A DNA stretch of 64,000 nt from Paraspadella gotoi. Taxonomy: Eukaryota > Animalia > Chaetognatha. Position numbers and translations under genes: made by a program. Location of the stretch: NCBI GenBank assembly GCA_051294375.1, contig CM119265.1, positions 26,223,876 to 26,287,875 on the forward strand, read 5' to 3'. Shown here piece by piece: positions 24,617 to 40,000 of this stretch (its first letter is position 1; every line of letters begins with the position of its first letter). The notes beneath the pieces are model-generated. The model did no database searches and had not been told where the DNA came from. It was given only the letters and a program-made list of their open reading frames with translations.

Positions 24617-27215
24617 TTTTTCAGGGAGAAAATTCTTTTATACTTGAAAAACAAAGAAGTCTTTTGTCTAAAGCGACATCTGACATTTTGTTATCGGCAA
24701 CGATTCAGAGATAAACCGTCGAAAATTTAAAAATAATTTTTTAAAAAATTTTTATTTTTTGACAAGCTTCTTTTCTCTTCATTTTCTCTTTCTATCGCCA
24801 TAGTTTACTACAGAATAAATACTGGAATGAAAGGAAAAGCTTAATTACAATTTCACGAGTTTCGAAAAAATATATACATAACAATGATAGAGCCAAACTT
24901 CGTCAATGGGGTGGGTCAGAAGTTTGATTTGGGAACCTTTCTAAATGAAACTTCATACATTTCTGAGAAAACTTTCAATGGAGCAAAATTTTCTAAAATG
25001 GCAAGAAGCATTAGTAATTAATTTTTTAATATTTATTTATATATAGGAAATGTCAAAAAAATTTTTTTGAATTTTTCATTTTTAAAAGCAGATTCAAATA
25101 GCTTATGAAAAGTTATCTGCACAAATTATAATTCTTTTTTCAATATTTTGATGATAAGGGGGTTAAAATTGAGAAAAACCTTAAAAAATCATCATCATTA
25201 TCATCATCCAATTTTTTTAGCAGTTTTTCCTAATTTTTAGTAATAAAACATCAAAATTTTAAAAAGTTGTAATTATATTTTTTGCTTAACTTTTTAAGCT
25301 CTATCAGAATCAATTAAAAAAACTTAAAATATCAAAAAAAAATTTTTAACATTATATAGCAATATAATAATATTAATTAGCGAATTACTCATGGTTCGGA
25401 ACATTTTTGCAAAAAAATATTTTAACACAATAATTAATACCAATAATGGATTAGTTTAATGCTGTTCCCATTAAAATTTGAATTTGGTCGGCTACCGCTA
25501 ACAATGATTACCAAAATTCATTGCTTCTTGTTGTTGTTATCCTCGTCTCCTTTAGTCACGTGGTTCGGTTTCATGTTGACAAAGTTTTTAGTCAACGATT
25601 TGAAGCGGCGTTTCGTGAAAATTCGGTTGACGACTGGATTTGCTCTAACTTTTCTCTCTTTTTTCATTTTTCAAATGACGAACGTGAGGGCGGGTGAATA
25701 TGACAAATATATGACAAAACTGTTACACAGATATAACTTTCTTATGAACGCGTCGCGACCATCACTGCCTCCGTACAATTATTACCTTTTGGAGGCGGAT
25801 TTAGCATTGGGGATAAAAAAAAAAAAAAAACCGTGAATGAATTTCTATTTCAACTTGTCGATCGCTTTCGTCGAAAATGAACGGTACAAAAATTACAATA
25901 TCTTTTATTTCTTTTTATACTTTCTCTCGATAATTGTCGTTTTTAATTACTATTAGATATCAAATTGTTAAATCGAGTTTACAAATTGTTATTCATTTCC
26001 AAGTTCGAAATTAACGAAATAGAACAACAAATGTCCCTTTTTCATTTTTTTTCCGCGCAGTGTCGCTAGCAGTTTTGTATTCTTCGACTCTTTTTATCTT
26101 TTGCGGTGAAAGAACAAATGAACAAATCTTTGGTGAAATTTCTGTCAGAACAAAAAATACTTACAAATGTTTTGTTTTGTTTTTCTACAGAAATTTTAAA
26201 ATTCTTTTAATTTTCCCTGTGCGATTATTATTAGTTGTAGATTGTTTCATCACGAAAATAGATCGAATAATAGATTTGAAATTTAAATGTAAACCTTTTT
26301 GTTTACTGCGGAAAAATAAAAAGAAATCAATTTCTTTATTTATCCTTCTCGCCATGATGATGATTATGATAATTATTCTTCTTTTTTGACTTACCTGAGG
26401 TGAGGCGAAGCGGTAGAAGAAAAGCAAAGAAAAAAAGGGAGAAAAAAAGGGAAATGGGATTAAAAATTTATTCATTGAGAAATTTGGGTGGAATTTTAAT
26501 CGTAACGGCGTTTTAATGCCGGATTTGTTACAAAATGACGCTGCTCTGAGGACCTTCATTCGTTTAACTCTCTTGAAATTAGTACAAATTGGTTCAATTA
26601 AGTCACTTTAAAATTTATAAGAAATGAAAAAAGGTAAATGTCAAAACTTATCGTCCATGACATATAACCGAAAATTCTAATCAAGAAATTCGCTCATTCT
26701 CACAAAAATTACCAAATGACGTGTTTCACCTTGATCTCGAAATATTTTCTAATCAACCACTTGAAAAAAAAATTTTTTTATCAAAACTCAACATTCTGAA
26801 AAATTTGGTAGGAATTTTTTTTCTGGCTTGGTTCTCTGACGAATGAACGCTTTTTTAAATCAACAGGAATTTGTGGATGTTTTAATATTCATACTAAATT
26901 ACTAATCAAATTAATGTAAGTATTAAACGATTACTTTTTGAATTTGACAAAAATGAAAAAATTTTTTTTAAAAAAATGATACTAAAATCCCTCATTAAAT
27001 CCTTAGTAAACTTAATACAAACGATAAATTATGGTTGAGCGTCACGTCTATAGTCTCCCTAGAGAAAAGCCATCGCATAAAATCTCCAATGTAGTTTTTA
27101 CGACGCAGAGACTCAGTTTTTATGAGTCAGTCTTCGTGAAGGCGAATTCCCGCCTCTTCATTCCGAGGCTCCAAAATGCCGATTCCATCAAAAACAAAAG
27201 GACAATAGAGTTTTA

Positions 27216-27520
27216 CGGCTCTCTTTTCCAAAAACGCCCCTTTTCTATAACCCAATCTTTAATCTTAATCCCGACCAACAAATTTTTAAACCTAACGTAA
27301 TCCTCAACCCTAATCCTTTGTCTCTAATCCTTACTCCTAATCCTTACCCTTGTCCGAGACCCTAAACTCTAATCTTTACTCCTAATCCTTAAACTCTAAT
27401 CCTTTACAGTATTCCTTGATCTAATCCTTAATCCCTTACCCTAACCAAAAACAAAATTTTTAAACTTAAAAATTAACTAAATGTTGAATTTAAGACACAA
27501 TGAAAAATGGCGTAACGTTA
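27216..27520. mobile_element. MITE-like element of the TIR/telomere-like family (CCTAA orientation)
   Basis: Starts ggctctcttttccaaaaacgccccttttct; interior ccctaa/cctaat/ctctaa repeats; far end degenerate. Confidence 0.65.
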
Positions 27521-29809
27521 CTGTTCCGTGCTTAAAAAAAATTCACTGTTCAATATTATTATATTTTTTTTTGTTTTTTGAAACGTTATAGTTTCATATG
27601 TCGATATCCAAAATATCAATGCAAAATCTTTTTTTGTTTTTTAGATATGACCGAATATAGGGTGAAAGATGATAAATTTTTTTAAAAAGTTACTTATTCA
27701 TATTTATTCCTAGAATTGTAATAAAAAAAAATTAAAAAAAATAATAGTACTAATAGTTAGTGTTATATTTCAAATAAATGGAAAAAAAACCTTATTTAAA
27801 AATTCGATCGGGAAGTGGGGGTAAAAACTAGGCTCACCAATGCATCTCCGCCCATGTTCTCTCAAATAATTTTTTTATTTAATACATTTGAAAGGGTAAA
27901 AAGAAAATTCAGAATGCAGGTTGTATAAAGGTACAGATAATCTGACTTACTGACATGATAACCATGACCTTTTATATCTTGTGAAATGGGGGCAGTAAAG
28001 ATATCTAAAAAAATTCGATCATTAACAGTCAATGAACCCTTCTAATGGGCTATTACGAGAAATATTTTTCTTAATTAAAATGGATGAAATAATGAATTAA
28101 ATTCTCTGCTATTAATTTAAAAGTAATTAATCAATAAATTAGCACAATGATGTCTTGCTTGTCAAATCATATTTGCCAGCTATATAATTTTTTAAAAACT
28201 TTATTATGATAAACAAGCAGTGTTCAAGCTTTTAGTTTGCAATTAAATAATAAAAAATGCCGATTTTTTTCAACAACAAGAAAGTAATTCCAGACGTTTA
28301 TATCACAAAGCTGAAAATTTTTGTATTTAATCATTTTTGATATTTAAAAAATATTTTATCAGCTACAATATAAATTTTGCTTGTTTTTTACTTAACTAAA
28401 AAAATAAAGCATTTTTATGGAATATATAAAAAAATTTAATAATATCAAAATGTATTCATCTTTCCTTTCACAAATTTTACAAAAAGAAAAATAAAAAAAT
28501 TTCATATCCTTCATTAAAATTTTTAAAGCAAAAAAACTGTTTATACTTTTAACTCTGATTTAAACAAAACTGTGTAAAGTGTTTATGGATTTAATTTAAT
28601 AAAACTTTTTAAGAAAGTGTCCCATGATTAGGCTTTAAATTTGATACCACACATCACATACCTCTTTGCTAGTTTTCTTTCAAAAGTTATTTAATGAAAA
28701 TAACTTTTCAAACTAAGCAGTACAAATCTTTGTTAAATAAAAATTTTGGCAAAAGAGGGAGTATTCTCACTTATTTTTGATGCAATAACTTAAAATTTTA
28801 AAATAAAACTTGAAGAAAATTTTTTTGTCATTTAGAGACATAACTTTCAGATTACCCATCAGTATAATAATTATTGATTTATTTCCCCCAAAAAAGCCTA
28901 ATTAAAAAAGCTGAAAATTTTTTTCAAATTGTTGAAAAAAATTCCTCCGACCTATGCTCATTGAAATAATGGTTTGCATAGAAAATCAAAATATCAAAAA
29001 AAAATAAAAAAATCAACCTCTAGAAAAATCGAAGGCTAGAGGCTGATTTTTTTAAAGAATTGCAAATTTTTTTCCTAACTCGAAATCCATTATCTCAAGT
29101 TTTTCAAAATATTTTTTTTCCAAAATCATTCAATCAATTTTTTTTTTTATTAAATGTTTTATGATGTTGTTTTGTTTGAAAAAGAATTGAAAAAAAAAGT
29201 GAAAATTATGTAATTATATAAGGTTTTGGAAATACCTCAAAAATTAAGATAATTAAACACAAGGGGAGTAAGGCAGTAAAAACTTCCCATTCATAAAAAA
29301 AATTGAAAATGAATTGTCATATTGTATTTAGATTAATTGACTATTTACAAACATATGATTCATATAAATTGAGAAATGATTGGTAAAAATATTCATCTTG
29401 GTTCGGTTAAGAAACTATTAAGTATCGTTAAAATTTTTGTTTTAATAATATAATATTTTTTTGCATTTAATAAAAGCAATTGTCTAAATTTTGTAAGCGT
29501 TTTCGAGCTGATATGCTACATCTTTTTTACCTATTTTTATCTAGTTACTTTTTTGTTGATTGGTTTAAGGTTATGGTCAGACCAGAAATAAGTATGTCCA
29601 GTAGTGTATATCGCACATATTCCAATACAATAATAATCAATTTTAATTGGCTCAGAAACAAATTTTTAAAAAAGGGACAAAATCAGCACGAAAGACAGTA
29701 ACGCCACGTTATTTTTCATTGTGTCTTAAGATGAAATGGTGCGCTCTTGTAAAATAAGGCCGAGGTTTGGTGGTCTCCTTTCTCTCTCTCTCTCTCTCCG
29801 GAGAGATCG

Positions 29810-32800
29810 GATGCCGACTGAAAGCGTGCGGTGGATTTCGGTTGTAGTCGAAACAGTGCGCGGCGGTGAGAATCCATCTCGGGCATTAACCGTCCCTAAC
29901 GCAAAAAATGGCGGAAGAGTTCCGGGTCTTGGAAAGGAGGAAACGAGAACAAAGGAACGAAAGCAATATGTAAAATGGTAGAGTACATATTTTAAATAAA
30001 CAAAAAGGCAAAACACAAAATGTTCCTCCTACGACGGTCATGATCTGACAGTCCTCAATGAGATCTGCCAAGGTCACGCCTTTGCGGCTGGGGCGCGCCG
30101 ATCACCCAGATGGTTAGGGGAAATCCGCAAGATGTCCCCACGCCGCCGACGTCAGAATCCAACAAAAGACCAGCGGAGAAAAAACATTTTTTCGTTGGGA
30201 TATTCGTTGCAAAATTTTTTCTCTACGAAAAAAAATTCCGTTTATATTTTTCAGGGAGAAATATTCTTTATACTTGAAAAACAAAGAAGTCTTTTGTCTA
30301 AAGCGACATCTCTGACATTTCTGTTATCGGCAACGATCCAGAGATAAAACCGTCCCGAAAATTTAAAATTATTTTTTAAAAAATTTTTATTTTTGACAAG
30401 CTTCTTTTTTCTTCAATTTTCTCTTTCTATCGCCATAGTTTACCTACATGAAATAAAATAACTGGAATGAAAGGAAAAGCCTTAATTACAAATTTCACGA
30501 GTTTCGAAAAAAATATATACATACACATGATGTAGAGCCACAAACTTCGTCAATGGGGTGGGTCAGAAAGTTTGAATTTGGGAACCTTTTTCAATGAACT
30601 TCATACATTTCTTGAAGAAAACTTTCAATGGCAGCAAAATTTTCTAAATGGCAAGAAGCATTCAGTAATATTATTTTTTAATATTATTTATATATAGACA
30701 ATGTCAAAAAAATGTTTTTTTTGAATTTTTCCATTTTTAAAAAAGCAGATTCAATTAGCTTGAAAAGTTTTATCTGCTCAAAATTATAATTTCTTTTTTC
30801 AATATTTTGATTGAATAAGGGGGTTAAAGAATTGAGAAAAACCTTAAAAAAATCATCAAAATCATTATCATCATCCATTTTTTTTAGCAGTTTTTCCTAA
30901 TTTTAGTAATAAAAACAAATCACAAATTTTAGAAAAAAGAGTTGTAATTATATTTTTTTGTTAACTTTTTAAAAGCTCTATCAGAAATCAATTAAAAAAA
31001 ACATTTAAAATATCAAAAAAATTTTTAACATTATATAGCAATAATAATATAATTAGCCGAAATTACTCATGGTTCGGAACATTTTTGTGGCAAAAAATAT
31101 TTTAACACAATAATTAATACCAATAATGGATTAGTTTAATGCTGTTCCCCATTAAAATTTGAAATTTGGTCGGCTACCGCTAACAATGATTTACGCAAAA
31201 TTCATTGCTCTTGTTGTTGTTACCTCGTCTCCTTTACACGTTGGTTCGGTTTCATGTTGACAAAGTTTTAGTCAACGATTTGAAGCGGCGTTCGTGAAAA
31301 TTCGGTTGACGACTGGAGTTTGGCTCTAACTTTATTCTCTCTCTTTTTTCTATTTATTCAAATGACGAACGTGAGGGCGGGTGAATATGAACAAATATAA
31401 GACAAAACTGTTACACAAGATATAATTTCTTAATGAACGCGGTCCGCGACCATCAATGCCTCGTCACAATTATAACTTTTGGAGGGCCGGGAAATTTTTT
31501 AGCAAATTTGGGGGGGAGATAAAAAAACAAAAAAAACGTTAGATGAATTGGTCTAATTTCAACTTGTCGATCGTTTCGTCGAAAAATGAAACGGTACAAA
31601 AATTTACAATATCTTTTATTTCTTTTTATACTTGCTCTCTCGCATAATTGTCCGTATTTTTAATTACTAATAGATAGTCAAATTGTTAATTCGAGTTTAC
31701 AATTGTTATTCATATTCCCAAGTTCGAAATTAACGAAATAGAACATACAAATGTCGCCTTTTTCATTTTTTTCCGGCGCAGTGTCGGGCTAGCAGTTTTG
31801 TATTCTTCGACTCTTTTTATCTTTTTGCGGGTGAAAGAACAAATGAACAAATCTTTGGTGAAATTTATGTCAGAACAAAAAACTACTTACAAATGTTTTG
31901 TTTTTGTTTTTCTACACGAAATTTTAAAAATCTTTTAAATTTTCCTCTGTGTGCGATATTATTAGTTGTAGATTGTTTCATATCACGAAAAATAGATCGA
32001 ATATAGATTTGAAATTAAATGTAACCTTTTTTTTTTTTAAAACTTATGCGGAAAAATAAAAAGAGAAATCAATTCTTTATTTTATCCTTCTCGCCATGAT
32101 GATGATTATGATAATTATTCTTTCTTTTTTGACTTAGCCTGAGGTGAGGCGAAGCGGTAGAAAAAAGCAAAGAAAAAAAAAGGGAGAAAAAAAAGGGAAA
32201 TGGGATTTAAAAAATTTATTCATTGAGAAATTTGGGTGGAAATTTTAATCGTAACGGCGGCTTTTAAATGCGCGGAGTTTGTTAACAGAAATGACGCTGC
32301 TCGAAGGACCTTCTTCGTTTAGACCTCTCTTGAAATAGTACAAATTGGTTCAATTAAAGTCACATTAGAATTTATAAGAGAATGAAAAAAGGTAAATGTC
32401 AAAACTTATCGTCCATGACATATAACGCGAAAATTCTAATCCAGGAAATTCGCGTAGTCTCTCACAAAAATTACCAAATGACGGTGTTTCACCTTTGGAT
32501 CTCGAAATATTTTTTTCAATCAACCAACTATGAAAAAAAAATTTTTTAATCAAAAACTCAACCATTCCTGAAAAAATTTGGTAGGAATTTTTTTGGCTTT
32601 GGTTCTCTGACGAATGAAACGCTTTTTTAAATCAACAGGAATTTGTGGATGTTTTAATATTCATACTAAATTACTAATCCAAATAATGTAAGTATTAAAC
32701 GATTACTTGTTTGAATTTGACAAAAATGAAAAATTTTTTTTTAAAAAAATGATACTAAATCCCTCATTAAATCCTTAGTAAACTTAATACAAAACGAAAA

Positions 32801-35584
32801 TTATGGTTGAGGCGTCACGTCTATAGTCTCCCTTAGAGAAAAGCCATCGCATAAAATCTCCAATGTAGTTTTTACGACGCAGAGACTAGTTTTTAATGAG
32901 TCAGTCTTCGTGTGAAGGCGGAATTCCCGCTCTTCATTTCCGAGGTTCCAAAATGCCGATCATCAAAAGACAAAAGGACAATAGAGTTTTATAACGGCTC
33001 TCTTTTCCAAAAACGCCCTTTTCTATAACCCATCTTTAATCTTAATCCGACCAACAAATTTTTAAAAAACCTAAACGTAAATCCTCAACCCTAACCTTTT
33101 GTCTCTAATCCTTACTCCTAATCTTACCTTGTCCGAGAACCCTAAACTCTAATCTTTACTCCTAATCCTTAAACTCTAATCCTTTACAGTATTCCTTTGA
33201 TCTAATCCTTATCCTTACCCTAACCAAAAAAAAATTTTTAAACTTAAAAATTAACTAAATGTTGAATTTAAGACACAATGAAAAAATGGCGTAACGTTAC
33301 TGTTCCGTGCTTAAAAATTCACTGTTCAATATTTTATATTTTTTTTTGTTTTTGAAACGTTATAGTTTTCATAATGTCGATATCCAAAATATCAATGCAA
33401 ATCTTTTTTTTGTTTTTTAGAGTATGACCGAATGATAGGGTGAAAGATGATAAATTTTTTAAAAAGTTACTTATTCATATTTATTCGCTAGAATTGGTAA
33501 TAAAAAAAAATTTAAAAAAAAATAATAGTACTAATAGTTAGTGTTATATTTCAAATAATGGAAAAAACCTTATTTAAAAATTCGATCGGGAAGTGGGGTA
33601 TAAGGCTCACCAAATGGCATCCTCCACGCCGATTGTTCTCTCAAATAATTTTTTTTATTTAATACATTTGAAAAGGGAAAAAAAGAAAATTCAGAATAGC
33701 AGGTTGTATAAAGGGTACAGATAATCTGGACTTACTGACATGATAACCATGACTTATATCTTGTGAAATGGGGGCAGTAAAGATATCTAAAAAATTCGAT
33801 CATTAAGTCAGTCAATGAACCCTTTCTAATGGGCTATTACAAGAAATATTTTTCTTTAATTAAAATGGATGATAAATAATAGAATTAAATTCCTTGCTAT
33901 ATTTAAAAGATAATTAACAATAAATTTAACACAATGATGTCTTGCTTTGTCAAATAATATTGCCAGCTATATAATTTTTTAAAAACTTTAATTATGATAA
34001 ACAAGCAGTGTGTCAAGCTTTTAGTTTGCAATTAAAGATAATAAAAAATGCCGGATTTTTTTTTTTCACAGACAAGAAGGTAATGTCCAGACTGTTTATA
34101 TCAAGCTGAAAACATTTTTGTATTTAATCATTTTTGATATTTAAAAAGATATTTTATCAAGCCTACAATATAAATTTTTGCTTGTTTTTTACTTTAACTT
34201 AAAAATATAGCATTTAGTTTTAATGGATAAAAAAAATTTAATAATAATCAAAATGTAATTCAGTCTTGTCCTTTTTCAAATTACAAAAGAAAATAAAAAT
34301 TTCATATGCCTTCATTAAAATTTTTAAAGGCAAAAAAACTGTTATAACTTTTAACTCTGATTTAAACAAAAGCTGTGTAAAGATTTATGGATTTAATTTA
34401 ATAAAACTTTTTTAGAAAGGTGTCCCATGATTAGGGCTTTAATTTGATACCACACCCATCTTGCTAAGCTTTTTTTTTCAAAACGTTATTTAATAAAAAT
34501 AACTTTTCAACTACGCAGTACAAATCTTTGTTAAATAAAAATTTGGGCAAAGAGGGAGTATCTCACTTATTTCTATTGATGCAATAACTTAAATTTTAAA
34601 ATAAAACTTGAAGAAAATTTTTTTGTCATTTAGAGACATAACTTTCAGATGTACCCATCGTATAATAATTGATTGATTTTATTTCCCCCAAAAAAGCCTA
34701 ATTAAAAAAGCTGAAATTTTTTCAAATGTTGGAAAAAAATTTCCTCCGACTAAGCTCATTGAGAATAATGGTTTTGCATAGAAAATCAAAATATCAAAAA
34801 AATTAAAAAAATCAGCCTCTAGAAAAATCGAAAGGCTAGAGGCTGATTTTTTTAGAATTGCAAAATTTTTTTTCCTAACTCGAAATCCATTATTCTCAAG
34901 TTTCCAAAATATTTTTTTTTCCAAAAATCATTCATATCAATTTTTTTTTTATTATTTTAAAATGTTTTTAGATGTGTTGTTTTTGTTTGAAAGAATTGAA
35001 AAAAAGTGAAAATATAGTAATTAATAAGGTTTTTGGGAAATACCTCAAAAATATTAGATAATTAAACACAAGGGGGGAGTAAGCAGTAAAAAACTTCCCA
35101 TTCATAAAAAAATTGAAAATGAATTTTGTCATATTGTTATTTAGATTAATTGACTATTATACAAACATATGATTCATATAAATTGAGAAAATGATGGGTA
35201 AAAAATATTCATCTTGGTTTCGGTTAACTATTAAGTTATCGTTAAAATTTTGTTTTAATAAATTCAATATTTTTTTGCATTTATAAAAGCAATGGTCTAA
35301 AATTTTGTAAGCGTTTCGAGCTATATTGCTACATTTTTTTACTATTTTTGATCTAGTTAGCTTTTTTGTTGATGTGGTTTAGGGTTATGGTCAGACACAA
35401 TAATGTCCAGTAGTGTATATCGCACACATATTACCAAAAGTAATAATCAATTAATTTGGCTCAGAAACATTTTTAAAGGGACAAAATCAGCACGAAGACA
35501 GTAAACGCCACGTTATTTTTCATTGTGTCTTAAGATGAAATGGTGCGCTCTTGTAAAATAAGGCCGAGGTTTGCTGGTCTCCTT

Positions 35585-35600
<16 letters not shown>
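29810..35600. repeat. Error-rich ~5.7-kb tandem copy of 24170-29790, including frameshifted protease exon 1 and part of exon 2; probable assembly artefact
   Basis: Collinear with the first copy but with 1-2 nt indels every few tens of bases and few substitutions; ends at a (CT)n run and a 25-N gap. Confidence 0.9.
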
Positions 35601-35626
<26 letters not shown>

Positions 35627-36439
35627 CTCTCTCTCTCTCTCCTCCCCTTCCCCCTCTCGTCCTCTCTCTCTCTCTCATCTCTCNNNNNNNNNNNNNNNNN
35701 NNNNNNNNTCTCTCTCTCTCTCTCTCTCTCTCACGCTTAATATTTTCTTGGTTTCTTCTGACTCAGCCTTTTCTATACAAACTAGTAAAGGTTAAAAAAA
35801 TCGTTTGCATATTAAATGGAGATTAATAGCAGTTTTTTTACTTATAAAAGGTTATGTTAATGATTAATATTGAACTTTTACGCTTTCTTTTGAATTTTCA
35901 ATAAATTCAATTAATTACTCTGAACACAATAAACGCTCAATTTAAAATTAAGAAACTATTGCCCAAGACTAACTCGTACCTAAAATAATATGTATTATTA
36001 TAAATATCAAAAAATGTGTATAAATACAGTTAAATACCTGTATATACATATAAATACATATAAATACATGTATAAATACAATGTAAACATTTATTAAATT
36101 TCTTCTTTCAGCATCAACTTCGAATCGAATTTCAGAAAAAAAAAGAAAAAAATGTTTTTTCTCTCGATCATTTTGTGTTGTTGTTGTTATTTTACCCGAA
36201 TCGAATCAGTTTCCGAAAATTGGAAACTTTACGAATCATTCGTCAAATCGATGGAGGGTGAGTATGTGAATTGTGAATTGTGAATGATTGGTGAGTAGAG
36301 GAGTTCGGTTCAGTTATTAAATTGATTTAAAGTTTGAAATCAACAAAAAAACGCAAAGAACAACAACAACAACAATAGAAACTGCCGACGAACCAAAGGA
36401 AAGGTGGTCCGATTAGTCAGACCGATTAGGCCTTTGGAC

Positions 36440-36457
36440 ATTGAACCCGCTTGGATT

Positions 36458-36524
<67 letters not shown>

Positions 36525-36668
36525 TACTCTCTCCTACTATTGCTCTCACTCTCTCGCGTTCTCTCTCTATCTCTCTCTCACACTTTCTTTCCTCTGCGCA
36601 TAAGACACGTCCTGTCGGTCGGAAATTTTCTCCCCGATTGATAAACTTCCTTCTTTCTCTCTTTCTTG

Positions 36669-36739
<71 letters not shown>

Positions 36740-36870
36740 TTTTTCTTTCTTTCTTTCTTTCTTTCTTTCATTATTTCTTCCTTTCTTTCATTCTTTTTTA
36801 TTTCTTTCTTTCTTTCTTTCTTTTTTTTATCCTTCTTCATTTCTTATTATCTTTCTTTCTTTTTTTTTCT
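36440..36870. repeat. (CT)n and (CTTT)n microsatellites; block recurs in noisy form at ~42500-43090
   Basis: taagacacgtcctgtcggtcggaaattt occurs at 36601 and ~42730. Confidence 0.9.
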
Positions 36871-37049
36871 TTCTGTCTTGAAAAAAAAGCTAGAAATTTA
36901 AAAAACAAATTTTTTGTTAAAGTTTTTTATTCCTTTTTCCCTTTTTTCCCCAACGGTAACTTTCATTTTTCAAGAAATGCTATGGCTTTCTCTNNNNNNN
37001 NNNNNNNNNNNNNNNNNNAACACAAAGAGAGAGACTGTTAATAACGACG

Positions 37050-40000
37050 ACGACGATTAGACATTGAGTTATTCCGTGGTGTGCCTTGAAAACAGACTGA
37101 ACATAGAAATTTTATAGTAGTGAATTATTTTTTATGATGACAAACTGTTGGGGAGACGAAGAACGATGCACAGTAAAGCGACAATGATGACGATGACGAA
37201 TGACGACAGACAAGACGAATCGACGAACGACGACGACGACGACGACGACGAATGAGAAAATCTCGCGTATCGTGTCTTTTGTTCCGTGTCGAAGGAAGAT
37301 AAAAGAAGGAGATAGGAAGGAAGGAAAGAAGGGAAAAATAAAAAAAGAAAAGAAACGAAAGAGAACAGAAAAGAAAAAAAGAAAAGGAAAAGAAAAGAAA
37401 AGAAAAGAAAAGAAAAGAAAAGAAAAGAAAAGGAATATCCTTTCGAAAAATCAGGTGAATCTGATACGGTGCTTACATTAGTTTTTTAGAAATGGTAGTA
37501 ATTTAAAGTAATTAAAGATAATAGTTGTATAGTGTTGTTGTTCTAATTTCTTAAAAACAGTTGTTCACTCTCACACTAGATCAATATTTAGACGAATGAC
37601 AGCATCCAGTCACAGGCAAAGTTCACATCCTTCGAAACTCACAGGAATTATCAAGAGTCAGGCTGAATATAATTCTCTTCTCTCTCTCTCCTCTCTCCTT
37701 CTCTCTCTCTCGTCTTCTCTCTCCTCTCTCTCTCTCTCGTCTCTGCTCTCTTCGTTCCTCTTGTCTTTGCCCTCGCTGACGTTCAATTCGCGTTTAAGGC
37801 CTCAGAACAATAATCGACTTCGTGACTTGCACGGAGTCGTTCTCGTCTGTGGAGAAAAAACTAATATGATAAAAGGGAGAAAGATCGATGGGAGAGAGAG
37901 GAGAAGAGAGAAAAAGAGATGAGAGATGAGTAGAGAGAAAGGAGAGAGAGAAGAGAGCGAGATGAGAGAGAGAGAGAGGAGAAGAGGAGAAGAAAGAGAG
38001 AGATGAGAACAGACAGACAGACAGACAAGATGATGAGGGCGCTTAAAAGAGAAGAGTGGAATTAGCTCTGGAAGAAAAATAGGAGAAAAGAGAATAAGAA
38101 TGAAACCAGAAAGTTGGAGAGAGAGAGTTAATCAACAATGTGCATCGTGGGAAGAAAGATATAAAAAAAGGAATTTACTTATGAATTTGAAAATATGAAA
38201 TCAATAAGCGAATAATGTTAGTAATGAAGTAATCTAAATTTAAAGAAGCATAGAAAGAAAGGAAAGAAAACATAGAAACAAGAAAAAGAAAGAAAGAAAG
38301 AAAGAAAGAAAGAAGAAAAGAAAGAAAGAAAAGAAAAGAAAGAAAAAAGCAAAGAAGAAAGCAAAGAAAGAAAGCAAAGAAAGAAAAGCAAGAGAAAAAA
38401 GATATAGATAAGTCTGACCAATACCAAATGGTAAAGTTCCCATAAAAGCTAAAGGGAGACAAAGAGAGATATCGAACTTCGCCCGTAGTGGAAAGAAAAG
38501 TCAAATAAAACTAGAAACAGAAGTAAAAAAAAAGATAAAGACAACGAAATCAAAGGAGAAGGGTCGACAAAGAAAGAAAAGAAAAAGAAAGTAAAGAACG
38601 GAAATGGTAAGAGTCCAGAACGAAGGTCCTCAAAGAAGAAAGGGAGAGTCAAATGAGGGAAAAGATAAGGACAATAGAAACACTAAGAACCAGAAGACGA
38701 AGAGAAAGAAAAGATGTTGGGGGAAAGAATAAGATCTAGATAAAAAATATAAAGAAAAAATAAAAAAAAAGATTTACCATGTGAAGAAAGTTTTATTCAA
38801 TTAATCTGCCTGTATGAAAGTTATGGATATTTCATTGTGTTTGAACATGATTTTAAGAAAATTTAATTTTAATTTAATATTTTAATATTCAAACTCTTCT
38901 AATTAATTTTATTGAAAATATTGTATATTGTACATAGTACCATCTAGGCGAAGAATTATATCGCAAGGTGTGTTCTAAAGAGTTTCAATTTATTGATAAA
39001 AAATATACAAAACATAAGGTAAATACATGGCTTTATATTGGTATGTCCCTCTCTCGGCATCTTAATTTCGAGTTCTGGGCATCAGCTTTCATTGTGGGAT
39101 GACGGTATGAAATTAACGCAATTCTGTTTTCCAAGGCCTCCGACGGCGCTGACTGTTCCCATCCTTCTGAGAGCTACAATTGGTACTTTTATGAACCAAA
39201 AGAGAGGTTGAGATTTATTTTGGCATTTTCAACCTTAGGTAGCGTATATTTTTATCTTTCCAAAATTGTTATATATTAGGAAAACAGTATGAGGTAGATA
39301 ATAGTTGTCGAGAACGAGACGGAGCGGACGACGGGACGGACGGACGAAAGCATAACACGGAGGTAGGGATTGATGATTCCCATCTGCATGATAGAGTATA
39401 CTGGGAGCAATGGACAGGAGAGAGACGTAAGCGAAAAGGACAAAACGGACAGAACGGATAATTGAAGCGGGTACTAGTTTGACCTCACTATTAGTGGAGT
39501 AGGAAAGATGAATTAATGGAAAATAAAGAAGATGATGTAAATAAAGATGAACGGATGTGAGCAGGAATCGACAGACGGGACGGACCAACAATAAAAAACA
39601 AAAACAAAGAGGAAAGAAGGAAAGATCGTAGTTGGAAAATTAGCGCAAGGAGAAGAAAAAATAGCGCTAATCTATCCTTTTTTCTTTTTTGCTCTTTCTC
39701 AACTTATGTCAGTGTATTCTCTCTCGGCTCTTTTCTCCGCGACCAGTTGTAATGTCTGACTTCGTCCTCTCTCTTTAAAGTGTTTTTTACTTTGTTTTTG
39801 TGTCTCTTATTATCTGTCTCTCGTCTCACTCGTGCTCTCGTCCTCCTCTCGTCTCGTCTCTCTCTCTCTCTTGACTCATCCCCGCGATGAAAGTCGAGTG
39901 TAAAGACGGCAATGTGCTTCGCTAAGGTAAAACTCGGTGCTCTTTCCTTACAAACCAAAAAAAGTGAAATCCGCAAAAAGAAAAAAAAAAACTTTCCAGA

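Noticed and set aside
27290-27445. True interstitial telomere or chromosome-fusion site
   Set aside because: Repeats are highly degenerate and enclosed by ends shared with other dispersed copies, so better explained as an element interior.
27780-29460. Possible AT-rich DNA-transposon relic upstream of the protease
   Set aside because: Texture resembles non-autonomous DNA elements, but I could not identify TIRs, target-site duplications or transposase remnants.
29820-30190. Second serine protease gene or pseudogene
   Set aside because: Part of a collinear indel-only duplicate ending at a 25-N gap; most likely a raw-read artefact.
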